This document shows positions 1 through 9,739 of a stretch of DNA of 55,070 bases, piece by piece; within the stretch, counting starts at the first letter, position 1, and every line of letters begins with the position of its first letter. The notes beneath the pieces are model-generated. The model made no database searches. It saw only the letters and a list, made by a program, of their open reading frames with translations, and was not told the DNA's origin. A program made the position numbers and the translations under genes. Origin of the DNA: Thermoproteota archaeon (GTDB lineage: Archaea; Korarchaeota; Korarchaeia; Korarchaeales; Korarchaeaceae); assembly GCA_027491435.1 (NCBI GenBank), contig JAOZFG010000037.1, forward strand, positions 1-55,070, read 5' to 3'.

Positions 1-116
1 CTCATACAGTCTTTGGCAATCTCTCGTATGGCTGTTTCAGTAAACCATTCCGGTAATCTCCTCACTATGTTGATGATATGCTCGGCATCATCCACTTTCT
101 TAGGCCTGATATACAT
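1..116 (-). CDS. Probable GNAT-family N-acetyltransferase, 5' part only (runs off window edge)
   Basis: Manual translation from ATG at 116 gives MYIRPKKVDDAEHIINIVRRLPEWFTETAIREIAKDCM, open to base 1. The LPEWF segment resembles the N-terminus of small GNAT proteins. Not in the ORF track. Confidence 0.45.
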   Translation of the reverse strand, partial: MYIRPKKVDDAEHIINIVRRLPEWFTETAIREIAKDCM

Positions 117-276
117 TCCTTACAACCCCATTAAAAGCTACCTCGCCGTAAACTGTGGAGTTAATAGCGAATTTAGAGTTGTCTTCTAGGACTTCTCTGG
201 CACTGTCATCGCCTAGTAAGTAGCGAATGATAATGCTACTATCAAGGAACACCACCCCTTTCTGAGACGTGCTCAT
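100..276 (-). pseudogene. vapC: Truncated PIN-domain (VapC) toxin
   Basis: Starts with the PIN motif VFLDSSIIIRYL and includes VYGEVAF, but stops after about 58 aa, less than half a PIN domain. Coupled to the upstream antitoxin. Confidence 0.7.
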
Positions 277-463
277 AGAAATCCTCTTCCCAGATGATAT
301 CATCCCACTTCTTGGTCTTAATTATACCAAAGAATCGTTCTACACCTCTCTCACTTACTTGCTCCTTCACTTCCACAATAAGTTCATCGCCTTCACTAAA
401 CCCTAGAGGCTCAAGCGGCTTTAGAACACCATCCTCGTATCTGACCCTTATCACTTTAGACAT
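242..463 (-). CDS. AF2212/DUF104-type antitoxin
   Basis: 73 aa with the typical IRVRYEDGVLKPLEPL...EG motif, directly upstream of a PIN gene. Confidence 0.85.
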   Translation of the reverse strand: MSKVIRVRYEDGVLKPLEPLGFSEGDELIVEVKEQVSERGVERFFGIIKTKKWDDIIWEEDFYEHVSERGGVP

Positions 464-527
464 GCTCTACACCTAGGTAAATTAGCTAGCAGACCATTTA
501 GCTTTTCTCCAACTACATGTTTCCAGG

Positions 528-1190
528 GGTGCTGTCAACTTAAGGCCACCTCCACGCTTTAACGCCAGCGTGAGCATCCTCAGCCATCAGGTTGGTAAAG
601 GTATGGCCCCTCTAGACATGTGGCTGACGAAGTTCAGGACGTGAACCCGTGAAGCTTTCCTAGCAATGGGCAGGTAAAGCTTGCTGAATAGACGTCGAAA
701 CCCCTTAGCCTGTCCTAAGTCTCTACGGCCTGACGTGGCTCTCTCGTCTCCGCTCACCACGTGTTTAGTAAGTAGGCGTAGCGCCTGTACGCTCCATCCG
801 TGATGATCGCTGAGCCCCTATCCTTGACCTCCTTAAGAGTTTCTGGCATCTCCCCAGCTCCTACCTTAAGTGAGCCCAAGCCAGATCAAGCTAGCTTAGG
901 GTCCAGCGCCACCCCGGTAAACAGCTCACAGCGAAGCGCCGCTGTCTCGTCCACGACGTTAACCCCGCTTTTAACAGCTAAGCTACTCATCCTGTCCAAA
1001 CCTGTATCACCCTTACCCTCATGGCTCCCTCCAACGCCTGGCAAACCAAGCTAGCTGACGCGCCTAAGGCCCGAAGGTGAGAACGGGGCGTAGGCTAACC
1101 AGCAGGTCCGTTCTCTAAAGAGTTGGAGGTTCTCTTTCTCTACATGCATCAGCGACCTCCTGCTTAAACAAGCCTTAGTTGACAGCAACC
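528..1190 (-). mobile_element. Degenerate IS6-family insertion sequence with both terminal inverted repeats
   Basis: GGTGCTGTCAACTTAAGGC at 528 and the inverted GCCTTAGTTGACAGCAACC ending at 1190. The minus strand keeps broken DDE transposase motifs (GGSHE, VVDET, IITDG) with stops and frameshifts. Confidence 0.75.
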
Positions 1191-1578
1191 TTCCTGCCAA
1201 AGTACTCTCCATTATTTCGCCTACTAATGTCTCACTTCTAATCATTAGTTGGCTGGTATCTCCTTACCGTAAGTACAATGAATGGATTAAGAACCTAATG
1301 ACGACGTAGTAGAGCTCTAACGTTTAATTCACAAGAGCATCACGTAACTATTAAGGGCATGGGACGATGGCCGCAGTTACCTCATCATGTCTGCTAGATA
1401 GCCCCCATCTAATTAGCGGTCAGCCAAGGGAGTGTATTATCTAAACAAGCGGTAGAGTGAGCGCAATAGACATGAACTCACTCACCGTCACAATAGGCGC
1501 TCCAAGCCTCCTACGATAAGCCAACCACCTGATTGAATCAAATAACAATAGTTTTATTATTCACCTGTTTATGAGCTT

Positions 1579-2730
1579 ATGAGCGGCAGGGTCAGGGAAC
1601 TCCTCAAGTCGCACGGGACCCCACCCAGGGAAGTTTACCTGGATAACGAGAACTCGGGATGGGTTCCCCCGGAAGTGGTCGAAGCCACGCTCCCCTACTT
1701 TAACGTTAAGGGGTATGGACATCCATCGATTACCAACAAGCCCGGATGGGAGGCCCTGGAGCTAATATTGGAGTTCAAGGAGCTGTTGAGCTCTGTGATA
1801 AATGGGGAGCCGGAGAACGTGCACATAACCCATAGCGGCACAGAGGCCAACAACTTAGCTATCCTGGGGGTGAAGAGGAGGGGTAAGGTCATAGTGTCTG
1901 ACGTGGAGCACTACAGCGTCCTCCTGCCTGCCCTAACCTTGGACGCCGTAAGGGCTCCTGTGGATGAGCAAGGATTCATTGACTTGGACGTGCTCTCCCA
2001 GCTTGTCGACTCGGAGACAGTGCTGGTAAGCGTTCAGGCGGTTAATCACGAGATAGGCACGATACAACCCGTGAAGGAGGTCTACGAAGTGGTGAAAGAT
2101 CGCAACCCCGATGCCTTGGTGCACGTGGACGCCTGTGATGCTTTGGGCAGGGTTGAACTCAACTCAGACTACGCTGACCTCATGACGTTCAGCTCCCACA
2201 AGGTGCTTGGCCCCAAGGGGGCGGGCGCCCTCTACACTAAGGTGAAGTTGGAGCCTCCTCTCAAAGGGGCTTTAAGCACAGAAACCCTCTGGCCAGGTGT
2301 TGAGAACGTTCCAGCCGTAGCCGGGTTTAAGAAGGCGTTGGAACTTTATCTAGAGGACGACTTAGAAGAACTGAGAAGGAAGAGGGATAAACTCATAAAG
2401 GGGCTCCTCTCCATCCCAGACACCCTGCTTAACGGTCCTAGAGATAGGAGGGCGCCGGACAACGTTAACGTGAGCTTTCTCAGGGTGGAGGGGGAGGCAA
2501 TAACTGTGGAGCTCAGCATGAGGGGCATCTACGTTTCCAGCGGAAGCGCCTGCACCAGCAGGCTATTAGAGCCAAGTCACGTGATGCTAGCTATAGGAAG
2601 GAGTTATGAGGAAGCCCATGGAAGTGTAATGTTCAAACTCACTAGATACTTAACCTGGGAAGACGTCGACTACGTGCTCGAGCAGGTTCCAGAGGCCATC
2701 GAGAGGCTCAGGAACATAAGTCCACTTTAA
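1579..2730 (+). CDS. iscS: Cysteine desulfurase (IscS/NifS class)
   Basis: YLDN, SGTEANN, EHYSV, SSHKVLGPKG (PLP lysine) and SSGSACTS (catalytic Cys). Confidence 0.95.
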   Translation: MSGRVRELLKSHGTPPREVYLDNENSGWVPPEVVEATLPYFNVKGYGHPSITNKPGWEALELILEFKELLSSVINGEPENVHITHSGTEANNLAILGVKRRGKVIVSDVEHYSVLLPALTLDAVRAPVDEQGFIDLDVLSQLVDSETVLVSVQAVNHEIGTIQPVKEVYEVVKDRNPDALVHVDACDALGRVELNSDYADLMTFSSHKVLGPKGAGALYTKVKLEPPLKGALSTETLWPGVENVPAVAGFKKALELYLEDDLEELRRKRDKLIKGLLSIPDTLLNGPRDRRAPDNVNVSFLRVEGEAITVELSMRGIYVSSGSACTSRLLEPSHVMLAIGRSYEEAHGSVMFKLTRYLTWEDVDYVLEQVPEAIERLRNISPL

Positions 2731-2764
2731 CAATAGTTAATTTAATATTGCGTTCCTACGTTAT

Positions 2765-3259
2765 ATGCTGATGAGCACCAGGGTTCCGCTTCCCTACACG
2801 CCCAAGGTCTTGGAGCTTTTTAGGAACCCCAGGAACTTGGGAAAGATGGAAAGTCCTGACGTCGTTTCCCAGGCAGGAAGTCCAGCTTGCGGGGACGTGA
2901 TCACCATTTACCTTAAGATTAGGTGCGGCATTGTAGTAGAAGCGAAATTCGAGAGCTACGGGTGCGCCGCCAACATAGCGGCTGCCAGCGCCCTCACTGA
3001 GATGATAAAGGGTAAGAAGGTGGAAGAGGCCTGGAGCGTTGAGTGGAAGGATGTGGCTGACGAGCTGGGCGGGCTACCGGCAATTAAGAGACACTGCAGC
3101 ATACTGGCCGTAGGAGCCTTAAGGAGAGCCATCAGGTCCTACTACAAAGATGAGAAGCCTGAATGGCTTCCCTCCGAGCTAACTTTAGCGGAGAGGCAGG
3201 CTTTAGAGGAGGAAGAGCTTATAGATAGGCTGTACGGTGGTAGGGTTGCCAGAACTTGA
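2765..3259 (+). CDS. iscU: Fe-S cluster scaffold protein IscU/NifU-N
   Basis: FRNPRNLG, PACGD, YGCAA and KRHCS motifs; follows iscS. Confidence 0.93.
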   Translation: MLMSTRVPLPYTPKVLELFRNPRNLGKMESPDVVSQAGSPACGDVITIYLKIRCGIVVEAKFESYGCAANIAAASALTEMIKGKKVEEAWSVEWKDVADELGGLPAIKRHCSILAVGALRRAIRSYYKDEKPEWLPSELTLAERQALEEEELIDRLYGGRVART

Positions 3260-3470
3260 ACTCGTCAGGAGGGCCAGGGGGTGCGTAGAGTCCCCCGTGG
3301 CGGCCCTGATAAGGGAGCTCAACTCCCTAGACGAGGGGGAGGAGTTAATCCTCAAAGTGGACCCATCTTATTACCCCGTGAAGGCCATCAAGATGCTAGT
3401 GGAGAAGAGGGGGTTCAAGTTCCAAGTGCTGGAAGAGGGGGAAGTTGTGAAGTGCTCGGTCACGAGGTGA
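3237..3470 (+). CDS. TusA/SirA-like sulfur carrier protein (atypical motif)
   Basis: 77 aa with ARGCVESP in place of the DxRGxxCPxP motif and the L..GEEL.L.VD pattern; overlaps iscU. Confidence 0.6.
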   Translation: MVGLPELELVRRARGCVESPVAALIRELNSLDEGEELILKVDPSYYPVKAIKMLVEKRGFKFQVLEEGEVVKCSVTR

Positions 3471-4122
3471 GCCATCTGTACAGCTCCCTCGCCAGGGATC
3501 GATCCTCCACTCCTTTTTTGACGGCGGGCACGATCAGGTCGGGCCTATCCGTTATGACTGCATCTACTCCCAGCGATTGGAGGTGAATGGCCTGATCTAC
3601 ATCGTTCACCGTCCAGACGAAGACGAGCCCTCCAGCCTTGTGGACCTCCTGAACGAGTTCCTCATCCACGTAGCTCAACTCCACAGAAAGCCCATCGGCG
3701 AGAGCTGCCCTCATCACAGAGGAGGGGCTGACCGGCCTCTCCTGTATGGAGGCGAGCGTGGGTACCTTGAATCCGCTCTCCTTCAGGCGCCTTATCACCG
3801 GGTGGAACTTAGAGCTCACCATTACCCCCTGACCCTTGCCCAGGAAGGCGTTGAAGAACTTCTCGTATCCCTTAGGAGTCTTTATGTCAATTACCACTGG
3901 AATGTGGTTGTTCATTATCTCGCTTATCATGCTATCAGCGCTGGAGGTGGGCTCCGTGAGGACCCTCCTAAGTATTGCCTCCTTCAGGGTAGCTGGCTTA
4001 ATAGAGCTCGAACCGTGTCCTACTCCGGAGGAGGTGAGATCAAGCTCGATGGCGTCTACTCCGTGCACTACGTAGTTCCTAAGCTTTATCACGTTGTTCG
4101 CCCTGTGGCCTATCACGAGCAT
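3460..4122 (-). CDS. Glycerophosphodiester phosphodiesterase family protein
   Basis: IGHR, AIELD, VWTVND and GVDAVITDRPD motifs. Confidence 0.9.
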   Translation of the reverse strand: MLVIGHRANNVIKLRNYVVHGVDAIELDLTSSGVGHGSSSIKPATLKEAILRRVLTEPTSSADSMISEIMNNHIPVVIDIKTPKGYEKFFNAFLGKGQGVMVSSKFHPVIRRLKESGFKVPTLASIQERPVSPSSVMRAALADGLSVELSYVDEELVQEVHKAGGLVFVWTVNDVDQAIHLQSLGVDAVITDRPDLIVPAVKKGVEDRSLARELYRWLTS

Positions 4123-4155
4123 ACGGGTTCAAACCCTGAAACCATATAAGGTGAT

Positions 4156-5970
4156 ATGATGACCCTTGGAAAAGGTCGATTAACGGAAAAGAGCTTCTGG
4201 ATAGCCCTTACAGGGGTTGGCATCTTCTCCTGGATTTTACACGCGCTGTGGGAAGTCGACGAGAAGCTCCTCCTTGTCATGGTTGCTATGGTAGCGGGTC
4301 ACACCCTGCAGGAGATCATAGAGGAGAGGCCAGGTATGGAACACGTTATATCGACCCTGATGTCTTTGGTAGGCCTGATAACTTACATGACAGGCCTTCA
4401 CTTTGAAGGGGTTATGCTCCTCACGTTTTACGGGTTAGCTGAGATCCTGGAATCTTATTCAATGGAGAGGGCTGAGTCTGACATTAAGGAGCTAGTGGAA
4501 TACATGCCCAGAAAGGCCAGGGTGAAGAGGGATAAGGTGGAGGAGGTGCCCTACTCTGAGATAAGGGAAGGTGACCTCGTTATAGTCCCCTCAGGCGAAA
4601 GAGTTCCTGTCGACGGGCTGGTGATTCAAGGCGACGGCCTTGTAGATCAATCTGTCGTCACAGGCGAACCCTTGCCGGTGAAAGTCTCTCGGGGGGACTT
4701 CGTCTACTCCGGCTCTCTGCTGATTGAAGGCTCCATAACTGTAAAGGCGGTAAACGTGGGGGAGAAGAGCTTCATCTCTAGGGTCTTGAAGATGGTAGAG
4801 GAGTTCAGGGGTAGGAAGTCCAGAAGAGAGAGGAGAATACACACCTTCTCTAAGTACTACCTTCCGGCCATGCTGCTTGCGGTTATACCTGTCTACCTAT
4901 CCCTAGGCTTGAAACCCGCTCTAGTGCTCCTAGCTACCGCTTGCCCCAGTGCCTTCCTAATAGCGGCCTCATCCACTAATTTAGCTGCCCTTTCCAGAGC
5001 TACTAAGAAGGGCGTGTTGTTCAAAGGCTCTCCTCCCTTAGAAGTGGCGCCCCGCGTTAAGTTCGTGGCCTTGGACAAGACGGGCACCCTAACCCTGGGG
5101 AGGCTCAAGGTTAGGGAGGCCAACTTGGATGATGAGGTCCTTTCCCTTTTAGCCTCGATAGAGCTGGCCTCTAGGCACCCCATAGCCGAGGCGGTAGTCA
5201 GGGAGGCTAGGAACAGAGGGCTCAACCTTAGGATACCTGAGTACGTAAAGGAAGTACCCGGTTCAGGTATATCAGGAGTTGTAGACGGTCACACCGTGGT
5301 AGCGGGCAAGCCAGCCTTTCTAGGAGTTGACGGGGCTGAGGGAAGGGTGTACGTGAAGGTAGACGGTCAAATAAAGGGTTATTTAGAGTTTGAGGAGGAG
5401 GTTGACCCTAGCGCCGAGGAAGTAGTTAAGAAATTACAAGAATTAGGGTTAGAAGTCATGATAATATCGGGTGACAAGGAGGAGAGGGTGAAAAGGATAG
5501 CTAAAGAACTGAATGTTAAGGGTTACCACGAGCTCAAGCCAGAGGACAAGGTCAAAATTGTGGAGGAGCTCAGGAGGAAAGGGCCCGTTGCTATGGTAGG
5601 GGACGGGATAAACGATGCCCCAGCCCTAGCCGCTTCAGATCTAGGCGTGGCTGTCGGCGGGTTGGAGGCCTCGATGGAAGCTGGGGACGTAGCCTTGATC
5701 TCGGGTATAAGGAACCTGCCCTGGGTTTTCGAGGCAGGAAGGTTGGTTAAAGATGTGTTCTGGCAGAACGTGGCCTTAATAGCTTTATCTAAGCTGATAG
5801 CCATAGCCTTAGGGGTAGTGGGCTACATACCATTATGGGCCGCTGTTGCCGTGGGGGATGACGGGGGACTCATAATGGTGGCCTTAAATATAGCAAAAAT
5901 GTTGAGGAGGATGGGTCACTCTACCTCCACGTCCTTGAAGGATTCCCAGAGGCCGTGGAGGTTGCAATAG
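4156..5970 (+). CDS. Heavy-metal P1B-type ATPase
   Basis: TGE, CPS in the transmembrane helix, DKTGTLT, HP and GDGINDAPAL motifs; no N-terminal metal-binding domain. Confidence 0.93.
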   Translation: MMTLGKGRLTEKSFWIALTGVGIFSWILHALWEVDEKLLLVMVAMVAGHTLQEIIEERPGMEHVISTLMSLVGLITYMTGLHFEGVMLLTFYGLAEILESYSMERAESDIKELVEYMPRKARVKRDKVEEVPYSEIREGDLVIVPSGERVPVDGLVIQGDGLVDQSVVTGEPLPVKVSRGDFVYSGSLLIEGSITVKAVNVGEKSFISRVLKMVEEFRGRKSRRERRIHTFSKYYLPAMLLAVIPVYLSLGLKPALVLLATACPSAFLIAASSTNLAALSRATKKGVLFKGSPPLEVAPRVKFVALDKTGTLTLGRLKVREANLDDEVLSLLASIELASRHPIAEAVVREARNRGLNLRIPEYVKEVPGSGISGVVDGHTVVAGKPAFLGVDGAEGRVYVKVDGQIKGYLEFEEEVDPSAEEVVKKLQELGLEVMIISGDKEERVKRIAKELNVKGYHELKPEDKVKIVEELRRKGPVAMVGDGINDAPALAASDLGVAVGGLEASMEAGDVALISGIRNLPWVFEAGRLVKDVFWQNVALIALSKLIAIALGVVGYIPLWAAVAVGDDGGLIMVALNIAKMLRRMGHSTSTSLKDSQRPWRLQ

Positions 5971-6290
5971 GAGATGGCCCATATCCTGGACTTCTTGTTC
6001 AACTTCATCTTAAAGGTGACGACTGGCTCTCCGTAGGTGGGGCCCATGTCGAAGGTGCCTACGTGTATAGGATTGTAAGCCCTGCCTTCCTCCTCTACGA
6101 AAACCTGAATCCACTTTATGTGGTGCTCCCATGTGTTGGGATGTTTTATCTCCTTTCCCACCACCACGGTGACTGTGAACTCCTCGCCCGCCTTGACCTT
6201 GTCGGGGGCCTCTATAATGGGAGTGTGCTTCTCAACGGTGTTCTTCTCCTCGAAGGAGGAGGTCCTTATAAGGTCACCGAACCTGGGCAT
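5916..6290 (-). CDS. sor: Superoxide reductase (1Fe-SOR, neelaredoxin type)
   Basis: EKHTP, HPNTWEHHIKWI and YCNLHGLW iron-ligand motifs. Confidence 0.95.
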   Translation of the reverse strand: MPRFGDLIRTSSFEEKNTVEKHTPIIEAPDKVKAGEEFTVTVVVGKEIKHPNTWEHHIKWIQVFVEEEGRAYNPIHVGTFDMGPTYGEPVVTFKMKLNKKSRIWAISYCNLHGLWESFKDVEVE

Positions 6291-6384
6291 GACATCACCC
6301 CTTGTATAAGTAAGACGTGCGTTATAAATTCGAACAAACAGAAATCATTATTAGGTACAAATGGTTTCAGGGATGGGGTAGAGG

Positions 6385-6783
6385 TTGGAGCTGGAGAGCG
6401 TGCTGGATGAGCTGAGGGCTAAGGGGTACAAGCTAACCCCCCAGAGGATAGAGATAGTCAAAGCCCTCGTTGAGGAGAGGTACGAGCACCCTTCCCTAAA
6501 CAGGCTCCTGGAGAGGGTTAGGGAGAAGGCCCCAACGATCAGCTTCTCCACCCTGTACACCACCTTGAAGATGCTGGAGGAGCTGGGCTACGTGAGGCTC
6601 TTCTACCTGAAGGGAGAGACTAGAGTTGAGGTGAACCTCGACCCCCACATTAACGTGGTCAACCTGAGGACGGGAGATGTGGAGGATCTAGTGGACGAAG
6701 AGGCAATGGAAGCCCTAAGAAGGGCCCTGGAGAGGGCCGGGATAAGGGGAAGGCCCACGATAGTCAACGTCATGGTTGAGTGA
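6385..6783 (+). CDS. fur: Fur/PerR-family transcriptional regulator
   Basis: GYKLTPQR, EHPS and ISFSTLYTTL motifs; divergent from sor; lacks the C-terminal CxxC pairs. Confidence 0.88.
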   Translation: MELESVLDELRAKGYKLTPQRIEIVKALVEERYEHPSLNRLLERVREKAPTISFSTLYTTLKMLEELGYVRLFYLKGETRVEVNLDPHINVVNLRTGDVEDLVDEEAMEALRRALERAGIRGRPTIVNVMVE

Positions 6784-8146
6784 GCTGTCTAAATTTCTTG
6801 AGGGTTTCATAGTCCGGCCTGTCGCAGGTCCTGTTGTAGGGCCAGTTCACCACTTGGTATGGGGAGGAATCCATCAGCGGAAGCCTTCCTAGGGTTAAGG
6901 CCTCCACGTAGAACACCATGAACTTGGAAAGGTTTACCTTGAGCTCGGCCACGTAGTGATCGCCTTCAGGCCTCATGGGCACGGCCGCCCACCTTTCATC
7001 CCCATCGTTCCAAGCCGGGTTAGAGCTGGTCCCCACCACCAGTCTAACCTCCTGGGCTCCCTTCACCCAAGCTTGGACCTTCAAGTTTCCGTCCTTCAAC
7101 TCATGGGTGACTTTGAGCACTTTAGGCCACCTGTCCAACAAATCATTGTAGTAGAGGGCAGCTATCAGGAGGGAGGCCTCGTTAACCCTCCAGCCGGGCC
7201 TCTTCCTGACGTACCTGAACTCAACCCCCTTCCTCTCCAACTCGCTCAGGAAGTTATTCTCCGCCAGCAGTGGAAAGTACTTGGCATCGTGCCATTCAGA
7301 CAAGTCCACCTCCCCCAAAATAAGCAGAAATTTGGCCCTCAACCTGTCCAGCTCGGACATCACGTCCCTGATCCTGGTAGTTGAGTTCAAGGCCATCAGG
7401 ACGTCGGGGTGAGGGTAGTAGCTCGCTAGAGCCCATTGCTTGTGAGGGTTCTTGCAGCCCCACTCCCTTATAGCCTCCGCTAGGAAGTCCTGAAAGCTCT
7501 CCATCCTGAAGTTCCCGGGAATTGCCACCTCAACCCTATCGTCGTGGAGGGCGGTCAGCCATGCGGCGTATCCCTCCTTAGACTTTCCTGCGACGCCTAC
7601 AGTGCCCACTTTGAGCCCCTCTCTGGAGGCTATTTCAAGTCCCAGGGTTATGGCCTTGCTCATGACCTCCCCCAGCCACTTGCCGAAATTGCCCCTGCCA
7701 GAAGTTGCCGTCAACAGGCTGAACCTCATGAGCTCGCCCCTGTCCCTGAAGCCCAAAGTCTTCCAGTCCGCTTCTTCCTCCCCGTAGAAAAGGAGGATAG
7801 TTGACGTGTCCTTGGCGACCTTAGCCAGCTCGTTTAATTTCAGGGATTTCACCACCCTCTCCGTGTGAGCAGCGTAAACCAGGAGCTTCTTCGCCCCCTT
7901 AGGGACTATCACCCTAACCAGGTACTTGGTCTTGAGGTCGTAGGGTTTAGCGGTACCGTTCTCAAGCCTGTAACCCCTGTAAACTCCCGGGCTCCACTCC
8001 AGCTCGTACACCTTAACGTCTCCGTACAACCTAACGTCTTGTCTTAGCACTTCCCCCTTAGGCCTAACGGCCTGAAGGGCTTGCCACATGACAACTGCTA
8101 AAATTAGTACGGTGGCGGTGGCCAGGACTAACTTCACCCACCTCAA
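6770..8146 (-). CDS. Secreted alpha/beta hydrolase, PqaA (PhoPQ-activated protein)-like
   Basis: N-terminal signal/anchor; VAGKSKEGYAAWL resembles the PqaA GASKRGW nucleophile motif. Confidence 0.55.
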   Translation of the reverse strand: MRWVKLVLATATVLILAVVMWQALQAVRPKGEVLRQDVRLYGDVKVYELEWSPGVYRGYRLENGTAKPYDLKTKYLVRVIVPKGAKKLLVYAAHTERVVKSLKLNELAKVAKDTSTILLFYGEEEADWKTLGFRDRGELMRFSLLTATSGRGNFGKWLGEVMSKAITLGLEIASREGLKVGTVGVAGKSKEGYAAWLTALHDDRVEVAIPGNFRMESFQDFLAEAIREWGCKNPHKQWALASYYPHPDVLMALNSTTRIRDVMSELDRLRAKFLLILGEVDLSEWHDAKYFPLLAENNFLSELERKGVEFRYVRKRPGWRVNEASLLIAALYYNDLLDRWPKVLKVTHELKDGNLKVQAWVKGAQEVRLVVGTSSNPAWNDGDERWAAVPMRPEGDHYVAELKVNLSKFMVFYVEALTLGRLPLMDSSPYQVVNWPYNRTCDRPDYETLKKFRQLTQP

Positions 8147-8200
8147 GGGAGCACCCGGGGATGGACCAGCCAGAGCTTTAATTACTGCTAACCTTTATAT

Positions 8201-8236
8201 ATGCATGATATGTATTACATAGGTGATTTGTATGAC
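8201..8236 (+). promoter_or_regulatory. Four imperfect 9-bp tandem repeats downstream of a TATA box
   Basis: ATGCATGAT/ATGTATTAC/ATAGGTGAT/TTGTATGAC directly after TTTATAT; includes the inverted repeat ATGTA-T-TACAT. Confidence 0.45.
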
Positions 8237-8708
8237 AGAAGTGAAGGAGGTTGCTGAAGGCAAGAAGGACGTCACCATAAGGGGGTTAGACTCCGAACTT
8301 TACAGAAGAGCCAGCGAGATAGCTAAGAGGATGGGGGTGAGCGTTGGAGAGGTGTTCAACGAGGCCTTGAGGACTTTCATAGCTATCGTGGATGGAGTTA
8401 CATCTGCCTTCGAGCCCATAGCTCAAGGAATTGGCGGGGGGATAAGTAGGGTGATATCCAGGGAAACTGTGCCCATAGCAGGGCTCGACGAGTTGGAGGT
8501 TAACGATAGGGACTTTGAGGAACTAGGCAAAAAAGTGATATTCAGCGACATAGGTAGGCTGACCCTGAACGTGAGCAAGGAGAACTTCGAGAGGTACGTG
8601 GTCCTGATAAAGGAGTGCGAGGAGGTGGTAATTCCCCAGACGATCCCCAAGCTACTGGTCCTTTCTAGGGCCCGGGGGGTGAAGAGGCTCGTCCAGATGA
8701 ACAGGTGA
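8232..8708 (+). CDS. Hypothetical protein with N-terminal ribbon-helix-helix-like DNA-binding domain
   Basis: VTIRGLDSELYRRASEIAKRMGVSVGEVFNEALR RHH pattern; AGGTGA RBS before ATG 8232 (the track starts at GTG 8223). Confidence 0.65.
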   Translation: MTEVKEVAEGKKDVTIRGLDSELYRRASEIAKRMGVSVGEVFNEALRTFIAIVDGVTSAFEPIAQGIGGGISRVISRETVPIAGLDELEVNDRDFEELGKKVIFSDIGRLTLNVSKENFERYVVLIKECEEVVIPQTIPKLLVLSRARGVKRLVQMNR

Positions 8709-8928
8709 TTTCTCGCGATCAATGAGCAATATTTGGCTAATGGGCCTTCCTTAAGCTCCTAAGAGCGAACCTATGAAGGTCCAGCTTGCTAGCAGGTAGC
8801 GCTGCTGAACGGGCTCATAAAAGTGAACACAGGCTGGGGAACACATCAATGGACCCGCGTTTGAAGATATACAATGCCTCCGGGAGCGACTAGAGGAGGC
8901 ATTTATGTTGGTAGGTGAAGGATAACCT

Positions 8929-9726
8929 GTGAGGGCGTTCAAGGGATCTAGGAAGGGCTACGTTGCTGTCATTATAACTCTAAGTGTTTGTTCATATATA
9001 AGGGGAAAATATGTAGAGTTCAGGGCCTTCCTCTACTACTCGACCATCTTCACCTCCACATATGGATTGATCTTGATCTTAAAGCCGTTAGAGGGTTCAT
9101 CTCCAGGAGCTACTTCGGGGTTCTTTATGTCAATCTGATGTTGTCCTTCATCGCCGTTTTGCTGGCTTTACTGGATAAGACCTTTAAACGTCTAGCCTCA
9201 GTTAGGACCGAGTTAAGCGGCTTTGTGCTGCCCTCAACCATGATTACTGCTTTCAACCTCTCAGCTATCCTCTACACCACTGGCTGAAAGGAGTACCCCC
9301 TAGAAGTCATCTTCTCCAGGATAGGGAGCTCACCTTCAACATGAGGGTTCCCTGGTTCGGGGATGTGCCCGCCCCGTTACTGCCTCTGACAGCCATTGTA
9401 ATCTGGTCAATGAGCGGGCTCTTCTACTTCGCCTTGATACAGGCTTGAAATAAAGCCATGGGAAGGGAATTCCCTTAGTAATGTTGGTCACAGCCTGCTC
9501 TACAACGCCCCCTTAGTGACAGAGGAGTGGAAGCCAGATGACCTATGTTCCTGTGCTTCTATACCCGCTACTGGAAGACCAGAGACTAGCCGGGCTAGTG
9601 TGTAGCTACGTGATGATGTTCGAGCTCCCCGTGGCGGCAGCCTTCGCACAGGGCTATGGGGGAACAGGTTTTCTCACCATGAGCATTAGGCTACTAGTAG
9701 GGCTGACTTTCACCTTCACCCTGTAA
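8929..9726 (+). pseudogene. Fragmented membrane-protein gene
   Basis: Successive short hydrophobic ORFs in different frames (8929-9138, 8988-9287, 9538-9726) with intervening stops. Confidence 0.45.
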
Positions 9727-9739
9727 AAAAAGAAAGGAG

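Noticed and set aside
520-1198. Target-site duplication around the IS6-like copy
   Set aside because: The flanks TTCCAGG and TTCCTGC match only partly, too weak to call
800-1245. ORFs 800-1054 and 1051-1245 as genes
   Set aside because: They lie in or across the decayed IS6-like element and are shadow or fragment frames of the transposase
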